Shown here: positions 49,522 through 62,780 of the stretch, in pieces
Numbering within the stretch: position 1 is the first letter of the stretch
Layout: every line of letters begins with the position of its first letter
Source of the DNA: Gracilinanus agilis
Lineage: Eukaryota
NCBI RefSeq assembly: GCF_016433145.1
Contig: NC_058132.1
Span: 681,189,786 to 681,253,785, forward strand
Direction of reading: 5' to 3'
DNA: 64,000 nucleotides
Translations under genes and position numbers: made by a program
The notes under the pieces: generated by a model
What the model was told of the DNA's origin: nothing
Databases searched by the model: none
What the model saw: the letters and a program-made list of their open reading frames with translations, nothing else

Positions 49522-49720
49522 GGAAACAACTAGATGGCTCAGTGGATTGAGAGCCAGGCCTAGAGACAGAGAGTCTTGGGTTCAAATTTGACTTCAGACA
49601 CTTCCTAGCTATGTGATTCTGGTCAAATTACTTAACCCCCATTTCCTAACCCTCACCCTTCTTCTCCCTTATCAATATTTAGTATTGAGTCTAAGATGGA
49701 AGGTAAGAGTTTAAAAAAAG
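49522..49720 (+). mobile_element. Opossum SINE1 with 13-bp TSD
   Basis: TSD aatgaatctaaca at 49509-49521 and 49721-49733. Confidence 0.92.
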
Positions 49721-51803
49721 AATGAATCTAACACAGCAATCATAAGAATAGTTTCAAAACTTCGATCCTCCTTTGGATAGGGAGGTGATATCAGATGGAT
49801 AGGGAGGGAAGAAGTCTTTAATATATTTAACATAGTGCCAAAGGCAGTATCCTATACACATAAGTGTATTGAAAGTTCAGGGCATTATTGAAGGTGATGC
49901 AAAGGTTCCCAGTAAAATTCTGTGTTCAAAAACCAATGTATGGCAAATCTTAAAAGGTAAGAAAACATTATGCGATTTTAGATCTTAAACATTATCTCCC
50001 CTCATGTACTGTAAGGTCTTAAAGGGAAAGGAACATTTTATTTTTGTTTCTGTATCTTTAATGTGCAATAGAGTGCCTACCATAACATAAGCACTTAATA
50101 AAATCTTCTTGATTAATTAAACCTCTGGCCACTCTTATTCAAAGAGAGAATACAGATAGGATGGAAGCTAGATTGTGATTTCAGTGATATCAGGTTAGGA
50201 AACACCCTTCAATAGAAATAAAGAGGTTTTGAAACAGGGATGGTTTGAGGAGAAAAGATGAGTTTTATTTTAAATAGGATCAGTTTGAGAGTTGTCTGGG
50301 ATATCTAATTCAAGAGGTGAGATTTTTTCACATAACCAACAAGATGCAAGAATACACATTTTCTTTGGTACCCATGAACTGTCAAAATTCTATAATATAA
50401 TTATTATGCTCAAGAAGTAAAGCAATTCTAGCTATCTCCATAAGCCAAGACACCAGGAAGTCTAATGAAGTAGCACACTGATGAGTTAACACCAGAGAAG
50501 GCTAATCCCTAATCCCTAATATTCTCACTAAGCATCCCCTCCTCCAGCATCTATACTATGACAGTGTATCACAATAGGAACCATATGCTTCTTCTCAGAG
50601 GTCCAATCATCATTTTCCTTACTGCTATTGCAGTCTCTGCTAGCAAGACTTGCCATTACTCTAAACTCAACTTTGATTTTCCTGAAACAGCAGATATATA
50701 GAGAACTAAAGAATAGAGTACACGTATGGGTGTGTGTATGCAGCATGGGACCACCCTAGGACTGAAGGAAAGAGTATTACCATTCAGCTTAAACTATCCA
50801 AATGTCACTTAGAACAGAGACTAAGCCTGGCAAAAAGGTCAATTGCCCAATTGAGAATAAGTTTGAGACAACTTTGAGGGCAAGCTTGAGGGAATATTCC
50901 TTCAAAAGGGAAGGAGTGAGAAAGAGATCAATAGGAGAATATGAGGGGAAAAGCCTGAAATTGACTATGATGTCAGGAGGAAGAAAACATAGTTAATACA
51001 TTTGAGTAGATAAGTCAATAGGGAACACATTAATAACAAAAGAAAATACAGCCTTCAGCACATATAAAGAAGTCCAGAATCTTTGGATAAATATTGAAAG
51101 AAAATGAATGAACACATGATGATGAGGCAGAGAACCCTATGGATTGCCAAGCAATCATGTAATCATAGTAATATGTTTTCCAATGTTTCAAGAAAGAAAT
51201 AAGAATCACAAAAGGATATTTTGTGGCTTTGAAAGTAGGCATAGCTGGCAGTTAAAAATTGAATTTATGGTGCTATCTCTATAAAGAAAAAGAAGAGAGA
51301 CTAACTGGAAATACTGAAAGACAATTGGAAAGAAAAGAAGCAAAAAGCAGCAATGTTGAAAGAAAGCATAAGCTCCATATGAGCAAAACATTATTTCAAA
51401 GGGAGTATGTGTAGAGACAACCTAAGGAGTGTAAATCTTCCAAAAGAACATGACAAAACCCAAGAAAACTTCCCAGAACTTAACACAGAAAACAAAGTAC
51501 CATTTGAAAGAATAAAGAGATTGACTCCAGGAAAAAAAAATATATATACTGTATACCGTAAACTCCAAGGCACAGAGTGACTTAAATTGAACTATTCCAG
51601 GAATAAACCACAAATTCTGCAAGTGACCAGTGAAAAGACTTTCAAAATATGAAGGAAACAAAATCTGATTAATATAAGATTATTCTATAATCACTAGAAA
51701 TCATGAAAGAGAATTCCAGAGGAAAGGAGCTCAAGATGCAATTCAGCTCAACATGTTCTCCAAAACTAAGCCTAATTGGCAATGAAAAAGATGGGAATTT
51801 TAG

Positions 51804-51990
51804 GGCAGCTAGATGCCTCAATGGTAGAGTGTCAGGCCTGGACATGGGAGGTCCTGGGTTCAATTGTGACTTTAGATACTTCCTACCTACATGACCACTC
51901 AAGCTTAATTGCCTAGCCCTTGCTGTTCTTCTGCCTTGGAACCCATCCTTAGTACTAATTCTAATATAGAAAGTAAGGATTTTTTTAAAA
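51804..51990 (+). mobile_element. Opossum SINE1 inside L1
   Basis: gggcagctagatgcctcaatgg...ttctgccttggaac. Confidence 0.8.
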
Positions 51991-54034
51991 GGTGAGATTC
52001 AATGAAGAAAGCCTTTGAAACATTTTCACAAAGAAAACCATATGTGAACAAAATATTTGTTTTGCAAACATCTCAGACAATAGACACAAGAAAGATAATA
52101 TGGCTACCAAGGAAAAGACAATTTACAAAATAAACTAAAGAAACAAAGAGAAAGAAATCTTTGAGGTTAAGCAACAAGAATAAAATAATAATGGAGGGAT
52201 TATTGAAAGATATCATTTTTTACAAAATTACAAAATGATATAGATAAAACAGAACTTAAATAGAAGAAATAGTGGTGGAAAAATATACCTGAAACAGTAT
52301 GAAGCAAATGTTACAACATCCTGCCTACAGGTAAACTTATGTTCATTTGTTTGTTTGTTTGGGGAGGGTGGAAGGGGAATGATTTGTGGGCCTAAAATGC
52401 ATTTTGGGCAAGAGCATCAGAAGGGAGAAAGAAGGAAGTAGATAGAGGGGAATGTGTGAAGTACCCTAATCATATCAATGGTAAAAATGAAGGGAAAATA
52501 AGATCTCTATTCTCTTAAGAAGTAGAGGGGCTACAGAAGGAGTGAGGTAGCAAAGGGAGGAACTGGGAGAAAGAAAGAGGGAAATCTCAATTCACTGGTG
52601 GATAGGAGTCCCACTGAAGAACACTCCCATTGGGGAAGGGAGATATTTTAGAATGGAAGATGGGGATTTTACAGTGGTTACAATCTGGAAAGCCTGGGTG
52701 CTTAGAGAGAGGATTACATTTGAGAAAGTATTATACCTCCATGGACACATTCTGTCCCAGTAGAGGGGGGATGGGAGCAACAATATAGAAAAATGTGGGA
52801 GAACATGGACTCACGAAGGAGATTACATCACAAAGGCAAAATAAAATGGTGATTATGAGAGTAAGGGCTAGAAATGGACTGTACAATCAAAGAATGACAC
52901 AGGAAAATTTTTACTATGGGTCATTAATTCTCTCCTCTGTCTCCTTCAGAAATTGGCCCTTTTAATCCTGAGGCAATCCAAAAAAGGGGAGAGGAAAAGA
53001 AGGAAGATCAAGAAGGCACTAACAGAAAATGTTTAAAAGAGAGAACTAAAAATAGCTTATATGATTTAATTCTATTCCATGAGGAATACAGAGCCTGAAG
53101 AAGTATAAGAACTACAAATCAAAATAATAAATATATAAAATAGACAGAAAGGGAAGAGAATGAATGAAGAGAGTGAGAAACAGAAATTTTTTTTGAAAAA
53201 TGTATAGAAAATAAAACTAACAAATAATACAAATTAAAGGAGAGGAAATAAGGGGATGTTATTAACTGAGAGAACAAAGGGGGAAATAAAATCATAGATA
53301 AAGGGAGAAAGAAAAATTGAATAAGTAAAACACAAAAACTAGGGAAATGGGTAACAAATAGGGGTATATATGGGTAAATCATAGAAAGCATGTAGGGAAT
53401 GAGTTTCCATAAAAGAGATTAGGCAAAAATAATTTGAGGGACTAAGTACTGTTTTTAAAGAGGAAAAGGAGCAAAAACCCCTTAATTATAAAATAATCAA
53501 AACAAGCCAATTAGTACATTAGAGACAAATGATGGGAAAATCATCTCCAAGATAAAATCTAGCTCTCATAACTTTAAATATGACTGGATGAAATAATTCA
53601 ATAAAATAAAAGATACTAATAGAATGGATAAGAAAACAGTTCTATAATCAATTGCTATAAGAATTATATGTAAAAAGCAAAAAACATATACAATAAAGAT
53701 GGGAGGCTGGAATAAAATTTTTATACATGAAGCAACTCCAGAAAAAGTGAGTTACAATCAAAGAATTAGACAAAGCAAAAAAATACATATACACATATAT
53801 ATATATATACTGTTATGCTGAAAGGAACCATTGAAAACAAACCAACATCAATATTGAATTTACATGTATATGCTCCAAAATGCCTTTGTATATACATATC
53901 CAAGAAGAATTAGCTGAATTACAAAAAGACAAACAGTAAGAAATAGGATAATAGCAGAAGACTTAAATGTTCCTCTTGCACTTTTAGACAAATCTGAAAG
54001 AAGGATAAGCTTAAAAGAAAATATGGTGGGGGGT

Positions 54035-54236
54035 GGGGCAGCTAGGTAGCTCAGTGGATTGAGAGTCAGGCCTAGATATGGGAGGTTCTAGGTTCAAATC
54101 CAGCCTCAGACACTTCCCAGCTGCGTGACCCTGGGCAAGTCACTTGACCCCCATTGCCCATCCTTACCACTCTTCCACCTAGGAGCCAATACACGAAGTT
54201 AAGGGTTTAAAAATGTAAAAAAAAAAAAAAAAAAAA
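54035..54236 (+). mobile_element. Very young short-tail SINE1 with A20 tail and 14-bp TSD
   Basis: TSD aaaagaaaatatgg at 54013-54026 and 54233-54246; CpGs retained. Confidence 0.96.
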
Positions 54237-54601
54237 GAAAATATGGAATTTAGCTGGAGGAATAAAAGATTTATAATGTCATAAATGGAAATGATAAAGA
54301 ATCTGTGTATTCTTCAGTACCATATAGAACTTTACAAAAATGGAAACATATTATGACACAGATGCTGAAAATAAATGAAAAACAATAGAAATACAAAACA
54401 CTTCTTTTATAGACCATAACACAATAAACATAATCATTACTTCAGATATCCCAAAAAAGAAAAATCCAAATGGAGACGACAACAAATTCCTAAATAATGA
54501 ATCAGTTAAAGAAAAAAAGGATTAGAAGTGATAAAAATTTTTTGAAAGAAAAGTATAATTAATGATGACACAATAGATTATAAATTCTATGATGTATTTT
54601 T

Positions 54602-54843
54602 TTATAATTTATATTTTCCAGTTTATCAAACACTCAGTTATTATGTTCCATTTTATTTATTTTTTTTAAACCCTTGTACTTCGGTGTATTGTCTCATAGG
54701 TGGAAGATTGGTAAGGGTGGGCAATGGGGGTCAAGTGACTTGCCCAGGGTCACACAGCTGGGAAGTGGCTGAGGCCGGGTTTGAACCTAGGACCTCCTGT
54801 CTCTAGGCCTGACTCTCACTCCACTGAGCTACCCAGCTGCCCC
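54602..54843 (-). mobile_element. Young short-tail SINE1 plus ~57 nt of extra 3' sequence within one TSD pair
   Basis: TSD tctatgatgtattttt (54586-54601) / tctatgatgcattttt (54844-54859), 15/16. Confidence 0.9.
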
Positions 54844-55004
54844 TCTATGATGCATTTTTAAAAAACCTTCAAGGGAAAAATTACATCCCTAAAAACATAC
54901 ATTAACAAAAAGAAAAGGACTAATAAACTTTTTATGTAATTTTAAAAATTAGACATAAGCAAAGCTAAATTATGCACAATATAGTTTATTAAAAATTAGA
55001 GAAA

Positions 55005-55175
55005 GGGGCAGCTAGGTGACTCAATGGACTTAGAGTCAGGCCTAGAGTTGGGAGGCTCTGAGTTCAAATGTTATCTCATATATTTCCTAGCTTTATGACC
55101 CCAAACAAGTCACTTAACATACATTGCTTAACCTTTAACTCTTTTCTGCCTTTTAAGATGAAAGGTGTTTTTTAA
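55005..55175 (+). mobile_element. Opossum SINE1 inside L1
   Basis: ggggcagctaggtgactcaatgg. Confidence 0.8.
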
Positions 55176-57334
55176 GAAAGAAACCAGAAGAGAAACAAAA
55201 AAAACCTATAGAAATGATAAAATTAAAAGCTAGTTCTTTAATAAACTATAAATTTTTAGCCAATGTTATTAAAGAGTCTAGAAAATCAAGTCAACCAAAT
55301 AATAAATGAACAAGGTGAAATCTCAACAAAACCAGAATAAATAAGATTTATCAGAGTCTACTGTGCATAGTTACTGTGCATACAAGAAATACAAAAGAAA
55401 TACAAGAATACCCTCAAAATACCCAAGCAGACATTTTAAATATTCAGTTTTAGAAAAGGAAATAGAACTATCTACAAAACAACCACCAAAGAAAAATTCA
55501 TGGTTCTGATACATTCACAAGAAATTTCATTCAAACTTTAAAGAATAATTAGTACCAATACCAAACAATTAGTCTCAAAAGCTGAGAAAGTACTCTACCA
55601 CATTATTTTTGTAAGTCAAATATAGTCCTAGTGCCTAATCCAGAGAAGGATAAAGTAAAGACGAAGAACTACAGACTGATATCATTAATATAATTAGTGC
55701 TGAAAACAAAGCAAGATGCTTACTGACTGAGAATTGACTAAATTGTGGTGCATTAATATAACTGCATGTTATTGTGCTATGAGAAAAAAAATGTAATGAA
55801 TACAGACAAGCATGGAAAGACTTACTTGAACAGATGCAGAGTGAAGTAAGCAGAGACAAGAAAACAATGTATGCAATTACTTCAGTAATATAAATAGAAA
55901 GAATGATAACCACAAAACAATCACAAATGAATATTGTAAAATTACAAAGAACAAACATGGTCCCAATAATAATGATGATAATTAATATTTATATAATGCT
56001 ACAAGCTTTTACAAATATTGTCTAATTTTATCCTCATAACAACTATGGGTTGTAGGTGCTTTATTATATCCATTTTGAAATCAAGGAAACCAAGGCAGAC
56101 ATAGATTAAGTGACTCTCTCCTGGTCATGCTCAATTAGTAAGTGAGTCCAGATTTGAACTCAGAATGTACTGACTTCAGACCCAGTGCTCTATCCACTAA
56201 TTTCCAAAGAAGAGATGTAGGAAGACACCCAGGTGTATAGAGAGTTGCTACATTTTTAGATTTTTCTGATGTATTGATTAATTTTGCTGATTTTCTTTCT
56301 TTTTAAACAATATTGGCTATATGGAATGGCTCTTTGGGAGATGGAAAAGGAGGAATACTGGGAGAAATTTGGCGATCTAAAAATAAAACATATCTATAAA
56401 AAATGAATTCAAATTATCCAAGAGGCAACTAGTATTTCAGCAATGAAGTTCAAGTGAATGAGTAGATTTGAACATATAGTTCTGCAAGTCATCTGTGAGA
56501 GAAATAATTAAACCCATGCTGTTTGATAAGGTCATCAATAGTGAAGTGAGAGTAATATGTTTCTGAAGGGAAATAATTGACATATAGTTGGCAAAATAAC
56601 TAAATTTATATTACAAACAAAATAGATTACTATCTTCCTGGAAGTAAATTGATATCCTATGGTCTGATAGCTAAAATTTGGGGCTTGGGATCAAGATTAG
56701 GGTTTCAATCCCAACTCTTATGCTTACTAGTTTTGTTAACTTGGGCAAGTCACTCTTAACTTGGTTAAGCTTCAGACAGTTTTCTAAGACTAGGATAGTA
56801 AGCCATGAATGTGTTATGATTTGTGATGACAGAGAAAGTTCCCACGATAGGATTTCTTTTCTCTGATGAAATTATTGCTCCTTTATGTATTCAAGTGTAG
56901 AACTCCATCATTCTTTCATCACAGATCTCAAAGCAACATTTTCATAACCAAGTTACTAAACTGAGTCATTTTAGTGTCCGTTTTCAGTATATAAGATTAG
57001 GCAAGAACTTTGGAATTAGTTCTGCCATCTTAACTAGCTTGCCTAAACTGCCTGGTAATGAAAAACCAATAATATTGGAAAGGATAATTTGCTCAAGGTA
57101 GTAGGAGGACTTGACCATGTAATTTACACCAAGAATTTTGGACTGATATTGAATGAGAATGTCATTTATAAAGGGTGCTATCAACTGCTCTTCTGTCAGG
57201 ACTTCTACATAAATATTAGACATCATCATTATCCTCAGCATCACTACTATCACCATCACCATCATTATCATCAGACTAGGAGAGGATTTATGGCACGACT
57301 CACCTTAGTTAGGATAGCAAGGAAAATGTAATGA

Positions 57335-57535
57335 AAAAGGGACAGGTAGGTAGTTCAGTGATTTGAGAGTCATATCTAGAGTCACAGGTTTACATCTGGG
57401 CTCAGACATTTCCTAGCTGTGTAAACCTGGGCAAGTCACTTAATTCCCATTGTCTAGCCCTTCTCTCTCTTCTGCTTTGGAACCAATACACGGTATTGAT
57501 TCTATGATGCAAGTTAAGGGTTTGTTTTTTTTTTT
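57335..57535 (+). mobile_element. Opossum SINE1
   Basis: tgctttggaaccaatacacggtattgattct...aagggttt. Confidence 0.85.
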
Positions 57536-57624
57536 AAGCAATGGATTGAGAGTTTGGAGACCTGAACTTTGATTCTCACTCGGCCATTAACTCTCTAAAG
57601 CACTTCTCTGGATATCAATTCCTT

Positions 57625-59030
57625 CTTCTGTTGTTTTTATTTTACAGGAGTATTTTGACTGTGGTCACATATTCTATCTGATGACAAATCACACCATTTC
57701 TATGGCTTCAGTAACTCTTAAACCCAGCCTTTTCTCTCTACTCATACAGCCAAGTTCATAACCTTATTACTTGTTAACCAGACTGTTCCAATTGCCTTCT
57801 AAGTGGTCCCTCTGCCTCAAGTCTGCCTGAATTGCAGACCATTCTATCCACTACTGCCAAAGTAATAGTCAATTAGTTAACAATAATTCAAAATAGTTAA
57901 TTACAAATTCAGTTGTGTCACTCCCCTACTTGATAAATACCACTAGCTCCCTATTACCTCTAAGGGCAAATATAAATGCCTTTCTTTGGCACAGAAATCC
58001 CTTTGTAACTTGGTTTGAACCTAACCTTCTTTTTTTTTCAATTCAAATATTTTATTTTTTTAGAAAAGTTTTCCATGGTTACATGATTCCTGTTTTTACT
58101 TTCCCCTTCACCGCCGCCTTCAGTCCCCTTCCATATCCAATGCGCATTTCCACTGGTTTTAACATGTGTGATCAGTCAAGACTTATTTACATATTATTGA
58201 TAGTTCCATTGGTATGGTCATTTAGTGTCTACATCCCCAACCATATCTGCATCAACCCATGTGTTCAAGCGGTTGTTTTACTTCTGTGTTTCCTCTCCTG
58301 TAGTTCATCCTCTGAATTTGAGTAGCTTTCCTTTCCATAAATCCCTCAGAATTGTCCTGGGTCATTGCATTGCTGCTAGTACAGAAGTCCATTACATTCA
58401 ATTTTACCATAGTATATCAGTCTCTGTGTACAGTGTTCTTCTGGCTCTGCTCCTTTCGCTCTGCATCAGTTCCTGGAGGTCTTTCCAGTTCACATGGAAT
58501 TCCTCCAGTTTATTATTCCTTTGAGCACAATAATATTCCATCACCAGCATCCATCCATCACCATCACCATCACCACAATTTGTTCAGCCATTCTCCAATT
58601 GAAGGGCATACCCTCATTTTCCAGTTACCTTTCTTAACTTTATAATATTTTGCTCCTGCTTCAACATCTCTATGATCCAGACAATCTGTCCTCATTGTTA
58701 TTTCTCATGCACATTGCACTATTTCCCATCTTCATGCCTTTGTCCTAGCCATCCTCCCCCGCCTTAGAATCTCTCATTTCTTTCAACACTCCTAACAAGC
58801 ATCATTTTTCAAGAATCTTTCCTGATTCCCCAAGTTATCTTACTTATCACCTTGTATTCATTCAGTTGGATTTCTATATGACATAGGACAATATATGAAC
58901 ATTTTTCTGTCTGAGTAGAATGTAACCTCCTTGAGACCAAGGACTGTTTAATTTTTATCTTGGTATTTCCAGGGCCTAGCATAGGGCTTAGCACATAATA
59001 AATAGCTTGTTGATTGCTTAATTGGATTTG
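57625..59030 (+). mobile_element. L2 3' region, split by an L1 insertion
   Basis: L2 motifs on both sides of 58028-58625; tail agtagaatgtaacctccttgag...gggcttagcac. Confidence 0.7.
58028..58625 (-). mobile_element. 5'-truncated opossum L1 (ORF2 end and 3'UTR)
   Basis: Reverse of the same sequence type seen at 27093-27716 and 19560-19845. Confidence 0.9.
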
Positions 59031-60282
59031 TCTAGTTTGAATTAAGGAAAGTTAATTTGTATTAGATTGGGTTTAGAAGTGGAAGAGGGTAAAAGGATGT
59101 AAATATTAGGAAGCCCAATACCAGACCTATACAATTGATTTCTACATTTGAAAAATAGATCCTTGCATATTTGCATTCTGGAGTGGTGACTATATTCTCA
59201 TTAACTTTGAATTGTATTCAGGGCTGGAATGAACGTTTATATGCCTGTTAGAAAAAGATGCTACCTCCCAACCTCACTGACATGATTACTTAGAATTAGA
59301 CATGGGCTGGTGATAGTGATTAGTGGAAATAACTCAGGGTGGAAGATGACCCTCATGTTGATTTTCAAGCTAATAGGTGGAAGTGGTGACTTCATTTGTC
59401 CCCTGACTCAGTCTCTGGCTCTAATCATCCTGTTTCCAGCAGAGTGAGCTTATATAATAAGAGCTTCATTGTCAGAGTGTGCTGCAGATTTATACTTATG
59501 GCCAATGCCCCGTGGGCCAACTCTCTACCACTGGTTTCACCATCAAATGATGTTTACTAAGTACTTTTAGGCACAGAAGCATATCTAGTGTGAGGCATTT
59601 GAAGCACTGTCAGAGAATGCTAACCTCTTAGAAATCAGGATTCCTCCCTCTGGGAGATAAGATTTCCTCCCTATACAGTTAGTTGATGTTGCCATTGTTC
59701 CCTTATTTGACTCTAAGAAGTCTGGCGTGGGGGGAGTCAAGACCAAGAAGAAGTTGAGCAAACAAGGTAATGGGCTAACAGTTGGTGGGGGAACCTTGGC
59801 AAAATCCTGGCTGCATCATCCCAATGATTCTACCACCTGAAAGCTATTTTTGACACCTCTTCCCCCATGATGGTTTTTGCCCCAGGTTAAAAAGTAATCT
59901 TAACTATAACTCTGCTGTCATTTCATGTAATTTGATCTTTAACAGTGTTTCCAAAGAATTTAATGGTTTTTTTTCTGAAGAAAGTTAGCCTGATAGTTTT
60001 TAAATCAATTGGCTAAGATAGCTTAATCCAAAAGTAAGACTTTATATTTATTCCAAATAAAACACATCTTATTTGATTCAGCTCAGTGCTCCAGTCTGTG
60101 AAGATCTTTATGAATCCTAAAATTATCATACAGTGCAAAAGTACCAAACAGGTAGGGCCTCCATACTGAATTAGATTAAAACATAATTGGGAAATATTGA
60201 ACAAATAAAATAAAACAAAGATCATGGTAATTTGTGGTTTTCTCAATCAGTGTGCAGCCCATAGGGGTCCTTCTGTATGTGT

Positions 60283-60460
60283 TTTTTTAACCTTACCTTC
60301 TGTCTTAGAATCAATACTGTATATTGATTCCAAGGAAGGAGTGATAAGGGCTATGCAATAGGGGTTATCCAAGTAGGAAGTGTCTGAGGTCAAATTTGAA
60401 CCCAGGACCTTCTATCTCTAGGCCTGGCTCTCAATCCACTGAGCAACCCAGCTGCTCCCC
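60283..60460 (-). mobile_element. Opossum SINE1
   Basis: aaccttaccttctgtcttagaatcaatactgt...cagctgctcc. Confidence 0.85.
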
Positions 60461-61059
60461 TTATATATAGTTTAATGCCCTGCCCCTTTCTATTAGAGTT
60501 GGATGTCACTGATAGAATACTTAAGCTATTTCTCTCCACTTCTGCCCTCTGCACATCTCCTAAATGTTCCATGTTCCTATTCTTTTATCTTAGATTTTTC
60601 ATGGTTATAGTGAAGAAAGCACTGGTCACAATGTTAGGACACTTGGCCTGGGAGAAAGTAGCCTGAAATTTCCTGAATGTGTAACCTTAGGCAGGTCACT
60701 TAGTGTCTCTGAACTTCAATTTTGTTATCAGCGATCCTCTAATAATAAACATCAGGCAAATTTTAAAAATCAGGAGATGCATGCTTCTTGAAAGCTTATA
60801 TCACTGTGATGGAGTAGATCCATAATGGATGAATTAAGAGTGATGAAAATGAAAGTATTAGACTTGATGACTTGTACTAGAACTAGAAATTGGCTAAACT
60901 TAACTTCTTGTGTGAAATGCAAGATGCGTGACTCCCTGTATACTTGTGAAATCAAGACTTACTTTAAGTTAATAAGGCTAAAGTTTCTTTTGGGTAATAG
61001 AGTAGGAAGCCCTCTTGTAAGGAACAACTGAAAGTGAGTGGACAGGGAACAAATAAACC

Positions 61060-61260
61060 AATGAATATTTTTTGCTGTTTTTCAGTCATATCTAACTCTT
61101 TGTAACCTCATAGCCCATAGCATACCAACATTGTCCTTGGTGTTTTCTTGTCATGAATACTAGAGTTGTTTGCCATTTCTTTCTCCAGAGGCAAACAGGT
61201 AGGTTAGGTGACTTGCCCAGGGTGGCACTGAAGCCAGATCCACTGAGCCACTTAGCTCCC
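61060..61260 (-). mobile_element. MAR1-like SINE, internally shortened
   Basis: ttgccatttctttctccag...gacttgcccaggg. Confidence 0.65.
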
Positions 61261-61489
61261 TTGGCAATGACTATAATCTGCCCATTCTAAGATTTAGATT
61301 GTAAAGAAGAACCCTGTTTCTTAAGAGGATGGCAGTCATATGAAGGCTTACAGTTATTATGTTTTTGTTTCTTACAAATGGGGAGATTTAGGAATGATTG
61401 TGGGAAATGAGGAGTGGAGAAGCAAGAACAAAGAGAGATTGAAGATAAAAGAAAGTGAGCAGATGACTAAGGGGGCAAGCTCCAAGGGG

Positions 61490-62380
61490 AGATGAAATCA
61501 AGATGACAATTAGAAAAGTTTGGCAATTAGAAGACAATTAGAAGAATTAAAACAACTCTGAGGTTCCATCTCACATCTATCAGATTGACCAATAGGACAG
61601 TAAAGGAAAGCGAAAAAAAAATTGGAGGGGATATGGCAAAATGGTGACACCAAAGCATTATTGGTGAAGTTATAAACTGATTCAACTATTCTGGAAGGCA
61701 ATTTGGAACTGTCTCCAAAGGCCTATAGGTCTGTATCCCAAAAAGATAAAAAGGGGAGGGGGCATCTACTTGTACAAAATTGTTTATAGCTGCTTTTTTT
61801 GTGATGGCAAAGAATTGGAAATTGAGGGGATGCCCATCAATTGGGGAATGGCTGAACAAATTGTGGTATATAACAATGATGGAATACTATTGTGCTATAA
61901 GAAATGATGAACAGGGTGGTTTCAGGAAAAGCTGGAAAAACCTCCATGAACTAATGCAGAATGAAATAAACAGAACCAGGAGAACATTGTACATAATAAT
62001 AGCAATATTGTATGATGATCATCTGTGAAAGATTTAGCTACTCTCAGCAATACAATGATTCAGGACGATTCTGAAGGACAATTATGACAAAAAAAATACC
62101 ATCCAGAGAAAGAACTGTTGGAATCAGAATGCATATCAAAGCATTCTATTTTAAATGAATTTAAATCTATTTTCCCTTTAGTTTATTTGGGTTTTTATTT
62201 TGGAGTTTTGGTTTTATATGAATGTTCTCTTATAACAATGAACAATATGAAAATATGTATTGCATGATAATATATGCACAAACTAGATCAAATTGCTAAC
62301 TATCTCTAGGAGTGGGGAGAGAAGAGGGGAGGGAGACAATTTGAATCTTATAATTTCAGAAAATGTATAGAGTAACTATA
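61490..62380 (+). mobile_element. L1 ORF2 C-terminus and 3'UTR
   Basis: ORF 61780-62028 (FIAAFFVMAKNWKLRGCPSIGEWLNKLWY) is the L1 ORF2 end. Confidence 0.9.
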
Positions 62381-62599
62381 TAGTCACCAAACAGTTTAGT
62401 CATACGTAGTTGAAAGGAAAGAGAACTTAATATTAGAATAATTGTTCAAATAATGATTTCACCTTCCCAACACTGAAATTCTATTGCAACAAAAACTCTG
62501 AGAATTAGGTTCCCAGATCATGGCTGCCATGTACTCAGAGAGCTCCAAGGTTAGCTGTGAAAGGTTGCTAGGTATCTTTCTCATGATTTATAATCATAA

Positions 62600-62780
62600 G
62601 CCCCCAATAGTGAACTTAGGAGAAATCATTTTGCCTTGCTAAGCCTCAGTTTCCTCACCTGTAAAATAAAAATAATAATATTCATAAGATTTTTGAGAAT
62701 CACAGGACATGTGAAAGTGCCTCATAAAGCACCATATTAATGTTGACCACTATTATACTCTTTCTAATAATAATAATAAC
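62600..62780 (+). mobile_element. MIR-type SINE
   Basis: ctcagtttcctcacctgtaaaat. Confidence 0.7.

Larger units (their letters stand above)
50420..56405 (+). mobile_element. Ancient near-complete but internally deleted L1 (ORF1, long purine-rich spacer, ORF2 EN to RT start, then 3' end) with nested SINEs
   Basis: ORF1 agagacaacctaagg (RDNLR) at ~51415; EN start ataactttaaatatgactgg at ~53570; actacagactgatatc (NYRPIS) at ~55670; jumps to ctaaattgtgg (LNKLW) at ~55740; 5' boundary uncertain. Confidence 0.7.

Noticed and set aside
50501-50520. CCCTAAT repeats as interstitial telomere or paired TAATCC sites
   Set aside because: Only about 2.5 units, inside a probable L1 5' region; simple slippage.
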